DNA from: an uncultured delta proteobacterium
GTDB lineage: Bacteria; Myxococcota_A; Polyangia; Polyangiales; Polyangiaceae
NCBI GenBank assembly: GCA_963850305.1
Contig: CAWKKR010000008.1
Location: 192,001-256,000, forward strand
Reading direction: 5' to 3'
Length of the DNA stretch: 64,000 nucleotides
Shown one piece after another: positions 58,024 to 64,000 of this stretch. The position numbers were made by a program, and so were the translations under genes. Under the pieces are notes generated by a model. It had not been told where the DNA came from and made no database searches. It saw only the letters and a list, made by a program, of their open reading frames with translations. How positions within the stretch are numbered: position 1 is the stretch's first letter; each line of letters begins with the position of its first letter.

Positions 58024-58728
58024 TCAGAACGTGTACTTCAACCCCGCCGAGCCCACCCAGGCGAGGGCCGTCGCGTTGTCGATCGCTCGATCGAAGATGC
58101 TCGCGTAGCTCCGGACGCCGCCTTGAAGGGTGAGCGCGTAGTGCGGGCTCACCTGGTACCACTCGATGCCCCCGAGCGCGCCGAAGTACGGCCCCACGGA
58201 GTCCGAGTCCAGGAATCCGTAGCTCCGGAGTGAGTCGTTGGTGACGCTCGCGAGCCCGACTTCACCCTGCGCGTAGAGCCCGATCGCGCGCGACGCTTGC
58301 ACGCCGAACCGCGCAGCGACGCTGAGCCCCCACAGCACGAACCCGCGCGGGTCCGGCGGCGGATTCGCGAACCCCGTGTTCGACGGCGTGACGTCCCCTT
58401 GAACGAGCACCATCAGCCAGTGCAGCGGCTCGTATCCGAGTGCCGTGTGAAACCACGGCGCCGTCGGCGACACGTGCCGCATCGCGCCGAGCTGGCCCAT
58501 CGCGCCGAGCCCCGACTCGATGACGAAGCCGTGGTGTCGCGGGGGCGGCGGGGGCGCTTCGGGCGCTTCGGGCGTCTTCGAAATGTCCGCCGAGGCCGGC
58601 TGGGTCGCGAGCCACGCCTGGATCTGCTGCGCGTCGGGTCCCGGCGCCTTTGCGTCTTCCGCCTTTGCGACGGAAGCCACGAGCATCAGCGACGCTACAC
58701 CGACGATCGAGCGCACGAGTAACAGCAT
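58024..58728 (-). CDS. Small outer-membrane beta-barrel protein
   Basis: Signal peptide ending VAKA, Pro-rich linker, about 8 amphipathic strands, C-terminal AGLKYTF. Confidence 0.7.
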   Translation of the reverse strand: MLLLVRSIVGVASLMLVASVAKAEDAKAPGPDAQQIQAWLATQPASADISKTPEAPEAPPPPPRHHGFVIESGLGAMGQLGAMRHVSPTAPWFHTALGYEPLHWLMVLVQGDVTPSNTGFANPPPDPRGFVLWGLSVAARFGVQASRAIGLYAQGEVGLASVTNDSLRSYGFLDSDSVGPYFGALGGIEWYQVSPHYALTLQGGVRSYASIFDRAIDNATALAWVGSAGLKYTF

Positions 58729-58757
58729 CGGTCTTTCGATGCTACTTCGCGTCAGCG

Positions 58758-59279
58758 TCAGCGCGCGCGGACTTTCTTTTTCCGTCCCTGGAGCCCGCGG
58801 AACGCCGGCACGACGGGCGCCGGAGGTTGTTTCTTCTGCATCACCGGCGCCGGCGCGGCGTGCGCCGGCGCAGCGCGCGGTGGCTCGACGCGGCGCGGGG
58901 GTTCCGCGGCGCGGGGCGCGGGCCGTCGCTGTTCGGCTCCGCGCGTTGCGGCGGGAGCGCTGGGTTCCTCGGTGTGAAGGGCGCCGCGGACGCGAGCACC
59001 TTCTTCGATCCCCACGCGCGGCGCGGTGATGTTGCCGGTGACCTGCGCCGTCGCGTCGAGCACGACGGCTTCACTGCCGCGGAGCTCACCCGCTACGACG
59101 CCGCCGATCGCGAGTCGTGCGCCGGTGATGTCGCCGCGTACGTTCGCCTGGTCGCCGAGTGTCACGTCACCCTGGACGTGCACGTCCCCCTCCACTCGCC
59201 CGTAAATCTCGATCGACCCCTGGCCGCGGACGTTGCCGCGCACGACCGTTCCAAGCCCAATGACGGATCCTTCGGCCAT
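58758..59279 (-). CDS. Bactofilin with a Pro/Ala-rich, basic C-terminal tail
   Basis: SVIGLGTVVRGNV...IYGRVEGDV...VTGNITAPRVGIEEGARVRG plus tail ending GRKKKVRAR. Confidence 0.88.
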   Translation of the reverse strand: MAEGSVIGLGTVVRGNVRGQGSIEIYGRVEGDVHVQGDVTLGDQANVRGDITGARLAIGGVVAGELRGSEAVVLDATAQVTGNITAPRVGIEEGARVRGALHTEEPSAPAATRGAEQRRPAPRAAEPPRRVEPPRAAPAHAAPAPVMQKKQPPAPVVPAFRGLQGRKKKVRAR

Positions 59280-59287
59280 CTTGTTCC

Positions 59288-59602
59288 TTAGACGTCCATG
59301 TCGACGTTGCCCTTGAACGAGGCACCGTCTGCGATGGTCAGCCGCGACGCCTTCACGTCGCCGATGAGGCGCCCGCCCGCCTGGATGTCCACCCTTTCGT
59401 TCGCCGTGACGTTGCCCGTCACGTGGCCCGCGATGCTCAGCGACGCCGCCCGGATGTCGGCTTCGACCACACCACCAGCGCCCACGGAAACGGCGTCCTG
59501 ACTCGTCAGGGTGCCGCGCACGGTCCCGTGCACGACGACCTCTTCCTGGCTCGTCACTTCGCCCTCGATGGAGAGCCCTTCGCCAATCACGGTGCCTGCC
59601 AT
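59288..59602 (-). CDS. Bactofilin (minimal beta-helix)
   Basis: TVIGEGLSIEGEV...VHGTVRG...IGDVKASRLTIADGASFKGNVDM. Confidence 0.92.
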   Translation of the reverse strand: MAGTVIGEGLSIEGEVTSQEEVVVHGTVRGTLTSQDAVSVGAGGVVEADIRAASLSIAGHVTGNVTANERVDIQAGGRLIGDVKASRLTIADGASFKGNVDMDV

Positions 59603-60106
59603 TCGAATGCCTTTCCGAGGCGCGAGACGCTAGTACAGCCGGCCGTGGCTGTCACCGGTTGGTGTGAATTCCTCTCCATACACCTTTATCCCGCTCTTCC
59701 AGCTCGTCCGCTCACGTCCTCCGCGCAAGTTCGAGGATGCCCACCCCCGCGCGGCTTCGCCGCGCGCCCCTCCCCGACGTCGTCCTCGGCTCCGCCTGCG
59801 GGCGCCCTGGGAGGGGAGAAACCCACGACCGCTGGGACGCGGTTTTCCGCGCCGCAGCTCGCGGGAGATCAACCCTCGATCCGGAGGCGCTCACCTGGCC
59901 CCGCAAGGAGGCAAGACTTGCGCGGATCCATTGCTTCCCCCATCGCGGTCGCTCCCGAACGCGTTCAGCGGGTGAACCATATTGTTTGAAGTGCAAGTAT
60001 CGTTCTGTTTCTGCAAGCAGACTTTTCGGTTTCCGGGGATGCGCGTTGGGCATATACCGACAGCTCGCGTGCGAATTTCGGCTCAGCTGAGAGAAAGGTC
60101 ACGACG

Positions 60107-60673
60107 ATGAAGATGAAGACTTCGATGAGCATCATGGCGGCCGCACTCGCGTCCGCCGCCGTCTGCGCGCCCGCATGGGCGGATCGGCACGACGACCATC
60201 ATGAGCATGGTGAGAAGGACCGAGGGGGCGACATGCACGAGCACGGACCCGGCGACATGCACGAGCACGGACCCGGCGACATGCACGGGCACGGACCCGG
60301 CGACATGCACCCGGGAGAAATGGCGCCCAACGGAGCAAGCCCGGCCGATCGCTGGCAGAAGGAAGAAGAAGGGCGTCGCGAGGCTCGTGAAACGGCGATG
60401 AAGGACAAGGAGCACTGGGACACGGGCCGTCCGGAGCGGGCCATGGCACACCGCGCCGCGATCGAGCAGACCTGGGGCGAGACGCTCAGGTCTCCCGAAG
60501 CGAAGGCCGAGCTCTCGCTGCACGCGGACAGGATGGCTCGACTGAACCGCGTTCTCGACCTGTCCGTTTCGAACGCCGCGCTGCATGAGCGCGCCAAGAA
60601 GGACCTGGACGAAGAGATCGCGCGCGACGCAAAAGTTCTCGAAGGGTTTCGCAGCAGGGCAGGTGCACGATGA
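60107..60673 (+). CDS. Exported His/Met-rich repeat protein with a helical C-terminus
   Basis: Signal peptide ending APAWA; HDDHHEH then GDMH(E/G)HGP x3.5. Confidence 0.72.
   Translation: MKMKTSMSIMAAALASAAVCAPAWADRHDDHHEHGEKDRGGDMHEHGPGDMHEHGPGDMHGHGPGDMHPGEMAPNGASPADRWQKEEEGRREARETAMKDKEHWDTGRPERAMAHRAAIEQTWGETLRSPEAKAELSLHADRMARLNRVLDLSVSNAALHERAKKDLDEEIARDAKVLEGFRSRAGAR
60227..60310 (+). repeat. 24-bp coding tandem repeat, 3.5 copies
   Basis: GGCGACATGCACG(A/G)GCACGGACCC at 60227, 60251, 60275 and partial at 60299. Confidence 0.9.
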
Positions 60674-60948
60674 AAACGTTGATGGCAATCGGACTCGCAA
60701 GCGTTCTCCTGGTGGGCTGCAAGAAAGAAGAGAAGGCCGAGGCGGCCCCCGCCGCGAGCGCCGTGCAGACGCCGCCCCCGGCGCCGAAAGCGCCGCCCGC
60801 GCCCGTAGCTGCGGCAGCTCCCGCGCCGTCCGCCGCCGATTCCGCGGTCCCGGTCGAGGAAGACTTCGAACAGAAGGCGACGGCGTCCATCACGGCCTCG
60901 AACGCGGAGCAGGAACTGAAGAAGGTGGAAGCCGAGATCGGTCACTGA
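60670..60948 (+). CDS. Small lipoprotein
   Basis: Lipobox LLVGC-KK, Pro/Ala linker, short C-terminal helix; ATGA overlap with the upstream gene. Confidence 0.75.
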   Translation: MKTLMAIGLASVLLVGCKKEEKAEAAPAASAVQTPPPAPKAPPAPVAAAAPAPSAADSAVPVEEDFEQKATASITASNAEQELKKVEAEIGH

Positions 60949-61038
60949 GCAGCGGGCCCGCGTCCGTACCTGGATCCGAGAGCCCGTGGGGCAAAGCCCG
61001 ACGGGCCTCGGTCATTCGGGCTCGAGTTCTGATCCGCG

Positions 61039-61746
61039 TCAGCGTGCGCCGAGCGCCGCGAGGATCTCTTTCGAGCGCAGCACGCTCGTGTAAAGGCCGC
61101 GCGCGTAGAGCCTCTCGCGTTCCTCTTGCGACAGATCGCCGGGGCGCCCGAGCGTCGCGGCGCGCAGGAGAATCGCCGCGGACACGCTCAGATTGAGGCT
61201 CTCGACGAACCCGCGCATCGGGACGCGGACCGTGCGCGTCGCAGCGCGCTCGAGGTCGTCGCGAATGCCGTCCCGCTCGTTACCGAGCACGAGCGCGAGC
61301 CGCTCGATGCCGGCGAGGTCTTCAGGAGCGAGCGTGCCGTCGGGGTGCGTCGCAACGAGCTCGAAGCCCTCGTCGCGAAGCCGCGCCACGGCGGCGCTCG
61401 CCGTCGCGTGGAGGATCACGTCGACCCACTTTTCGCTGCCGCGCGTGACCGTCGTCGAGATCGCGAACGACTCCACGCGCGGCACGACGTGGAGTCGCTG
61501 CACGCCGAACGCCTCGCACGAGCGCAGCACCGCGCCGCCATTGTGTGGGTCGTGCGGCGCGTCCATGAGGACCGTCACGCTCCCCACGCGCTGGTCGACG
61601 ACGTCGCGGACGCGCCGGCTGCGGGCGGGCGTCACGTGAGCTTCGAGGGCCTCCGCGACGCCGCGCGGCGTCCACGGCACGGGCCATGGCTCCGTCGCCG
61701 CGTCCCGGGAAAGCGGGTGGACGACGTTCGGGCTCTTGCGGCGCAC
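61039..61746 (-). CDS. TrmH/SpoU family RNA methyltransferase
   Basis: DPHNGGAVLRSCEAFG, LVLGNERDG, VPMRGFVESLNLSVSAA; start uncertain. Confidence 0.88.
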   Translation of the reverse strand: MRRKSPNVVHPLSRDAATEPWPVPWTPRGVAEALEAHVTPARSRRVRDVVDQRVGSVTVLMDAPHDPHNGGAVLRSCEAFGVQRLHVVPRVESFAISTTVTRGSEKWVDVILHATASAAVARLRDEGFELVATHPDGTLAPEDLAGIERLALVLGNERDGIRDDLERAATRTVRVPMRGFVESLNLSVSAAILLRAATLGRPGDLSQEERERLYARGLYTSVLRSKEILAALGAR

Positions 61747-61911
61747 GCCCCGGAAATAGCCCAAAAGTCGCGTGCTAGACCGCATTTTGCGGAGGGGCAC
61801 CCGCCGGAACCGTTGCGGACGGTCGCCGGATGATTAAGAAATGGGGACTTCGGCATCGGGCCGAGGTCCGGTTTGGCGGCAAAGAGAGTCGCCGCAAGCG
61901 AGCAAGAAGAA

Positions 61912-62235
61912 ATGGCATCAGCGAACGTCCGCGTCTTCAATGACCTGAACTTCGACTCCGACGTACTGAAGTCGTCAGAGCCCGTCCTCGTGGACTTCAC
62001 TGCGACGTGGTGCGGACCGTGCAAGGCGCTCGCGCCCATCGTCGATCAGGTGGCAGAGGAGCTCGTGGGCAAGGTGCGCGTCGGCAAGCTGGATATCGAC
62101 GACGCGCCCGTCACCGCCGGCAAGCTCGGCATCCGCGGCGTCCCGACGCTGATGGTGTTCAAGAACGGCGAGCGTGCGGCGCAGCTCGTCGGTCTCACGA
62201 CGAAGGCGAAGATCCTCGCCATGCTCCAGGGCTGA
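61912..62235 (+). CDS. trxA: Thioredoxin
   Basis: PVLVDFTATWCGPCK, GIRGVPTL. Confidence 0.95.
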   Translation: MASANVRVFNDLNFDSDVLKSSEPVLVDFTATWCGPCKALAPIVDQVAEELVGKVRVGKLDIDDAPVTAGKLGIRGVPTLMVFKNGERAAQLVGLTTKAKILAMLQG

Positions 62236-62265
62236 GTATCGGCGACGCGCGAAAGCGCGATCCCA

Positions 62266-63447
62266 GTGACGAGCCAGGGCCCCACAGCGACCGGCGCCGA
62301 GCCACGGAGGGACGGGCGCAGCCGCGCCAGTAGGTTCAGGCGGATCATGGTCGTCGCGCACGCCGTGACGGCGCTGGCCCACGTCCCGTTTGCGATCGCC
62401 CTTTGCGCGTGGCTGCCCGCGTGGGGCGCCATCGGTGTGAGCGCGGTTCTCGTCGTCGCGACGAGCGTGCGCCTCAGATTCATGGTGAAGGACGGTCGCC
62501 GGGCGCTGCTCCTCACGCGGCTCGTGGACGAACCGTTACTCGCTCACTGGTGCGCGTGCGTGCTCGCGATGTTCCTCCTGCCGCTCTCGGCGTTCGTCTT
62601 CGCGAGCGCACGGCTCGTCGGACTGAGCCGCCTCACCTTCGTGCACGCGGAGGTCGTGAGTTACGGCTTTTCGCTGTTCGTGGCGTCGTGGGGTCTGTGG
62701 GTCCGCCGCAGGTTCATCCGCGTGTCGCACGTGGACATCGCCATTGCCGGGCTGTCGTCGCAATTCGACGGGTATCGCATCGCGCAGGTGTCCGACCTGC
62801 ACATCGGCAATCACGACCGGAAGGAGCGCGGGCTCGAGTGGGCCGCGCGCGTGAATCGACTGGAGCCCGATCTCGTGGCAGTCACGGGGGATCTCGTGAC
62901 GACCGGCTCCCACTTCTACGAGGACGCCGCGGACGTCATCGGGGCCCTTCGCGGCAAGGACGGCGTCTTCGTGTCGATGGGAAACCACGACCAGAAGGAC
63001 GCGGACGACTTCGCGCGCGCCATCGAAGCGCGCGGCCCGAGCGTGCTTCGGAACGGGTGGAGCGCCGTGCGTCGGGGCGACGCCGAGCTGGTCGTGGCCG
63101 GCATCGACGATCGTCTGACCGGCAAGGACGATCTCGGTCTTACGCTCGCCGGACGTCCGCCCGACTCGACGACGGTGCTCCTCTCGCACTACCCGGACTT
63201 CTTCCCGGATGCCGTGCGGCACGGTGTGGACCTCATGCTCGCCGGCCACACGCACGGCGGTCAGATCGCGGTGCCGTTCATTGCGCGGCGCGCGAGCCTG
63301 TCGCGACTGGCGGGGCAGGCCAGGGCCGGGCTCCACGTGAAAGACCGGACACGTCTCTACGTGAACGCGGGTCTCGGCACCACCGGACCGCCCGTTCGCG
63401 TCGGAGTCGCCCCCGAGATCGCGATGTTCGTCTTGCGTCGCGCTTGA
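62266..63447 (+). CDS. Membrane-anchored metallophosphoesterase (YkuE/YaeI-like)
   Basis: N-terminal TM helices; SDLH, TGD, GNHD, LSH, GHTHGGQ. Confidence 0.9.
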   Translation: MTSQGPTATGAEPRRDGRSRASRFRRIMVVAHAVTALAHVPFAIALCAWLPAWGAIGVSAVLVVATSVRLRFMVKDGRRALLLTRLVDEPLLAHWCACVLAMFLLPLSAFVFASARLVGLSRLTFVHAEVVSYGFSLFVASWGLWVRRRFIRVSHVDIAIAGLSSQFDGYRIAQVSDLHIGNHDRKERGLEWAARVNRLEPDLVAVTGDLVTTGSHFYEDAADVIGALRGKDGVFVSMGNHDQKDADDFARAIEARGPSVLRNGWSAVRRGDAELVVAGIDDRLTGKDDLGLTLAGRPPDSTTVLLSHYPDFFPDAVRHGVDLMLAGHTHGGQIAVPFIARRASLSRLAGQARAGLHVKDRTRLYVNAGLGTTGPPVRVGVAPEIAMFVLRRA

Positions 63448-63504
63448 CGGCAGGTGCGGTACGCGAGCCCCTCCGGCGAAGCGAAGGTACTATCCTCGCA
63501 CATC

Positions 63505-64000
63505 ATGCGAGCGACCCTCGCGATCCCCGTTCTCGCCTGCATCGCGTGCGGCGGCGAGCCGGCACCGCGGCCGGTGCCGCGGCCGTCGCTGCTCGACACT
63601 GCCGCGCCTCCGATTGCGCCTTATCCGACGCCCGCGGCGTGGAAGTACCATCCGCGCGAGGTCGCGCCGATCCTCGCGCAGGTCACGCTGCCGGACGGGC
63701 GCGTGGTCTCGTGCGGCAAGCGAGGGGAACGATGGCTCGTGGACCCGGGGCGTGCCCTCGCCGAAACGGCGGCCGAGAACGCGCCGGAAGACCTCGTCGC
63801 GATGACGCGTTCCAGCGGGGCATGGCTGTTCCTGGGTCGCAGCGGCACCAGCTATGAAGCTCGCGAACCGCTGGGCCCGTTCGTGAGCTCGCGGGCTCCG
63901 CTCGAGCCTTTGGTGCGCCTGCGCGTCGAGGGCCCGATTCTGCTCGGAGTCCGCCGGGACGGCGCGCTCCTCCGCAGCGACGACGGCGGCGCGGCCTGGA
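63505..64000 (+). CDS. Lipoprotein with a BNR/Asp-box motif; runs off the window end
   Basis: Manual translation MRATLAIPVLACIAC-GGEPAP...LLRSDDGGAAW; open to the end of the window. Confidence 0.6.
   Translation, partial: MRATLAIPVLACIACGGEPAPRPVPRPSLLDTAAPPIAPYPTPAAWKYHPREVAPILAQVTLPDGRVVSCGKRGERWLVDPGRALAETAAENAPEDLVAMTRSSGAWLFLGRSGTSYEAREPLGPFVSSRAPLEPLVRLRVEGPILLGVRRDGALLRSDDGGAAW

Noticed and set aside
58024..58728. Gene symbols cglE, traB, gltC/D/E, mxcH and bacN/O/P
   Set aside because: Architectures are similar, but orthology cannot be shown without searches, so symbols were left blank.

Overview
High-GC, gene-dense 64 kb chromosomal segment whose gene content points to a myxobacterium, probably Polyangiales/Sorangium-like. 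That assignment is inferred from Glt-like TPR proteins, bactofilins, a TonB-C-fused receptor, a TraB-like protein and many lipoproteins. About 55 CDS and one tRNA-Ala(CGC) are supported. Housekeeping genes include dnaK (frameshifted), xseB, radC, trxA, RluA, RlmI-like, TrmH-like, Dus, an M18 aminopeptidase, an amidase and a 5'-nucleotidase. The most notable accessory features are: (1) a TonB-dependent receptor plus two lipoproteins, preceded by a small exported His/Cys peptide ending in APKTSPPV, a candidate metal-sensing ribosome-stalling leader with a non-RAPP motif; (2) a signal-peptide-bearing TldD/TldE pair; (3) a truncated gltC-gltD-gltE-like TPR operon; (4) an HTH regulator-lipoprotein pair with a phased 11-bp upstream repeat; (5) two RHH-PIN toxin-antitoxin loci with apparently leaderless antitoxin promoters, one with a chimeric toxin; (6) several intergenic tandem repeats, including a 22-bp array. 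Single-base indels in dnaK, the PP2C gene and the HTH gene look like long-read errors but cannot be resolved without reads. I found no CRISPR array, transposase or integrase. All family assignments come from motif recognition by eye; no database searches were run.
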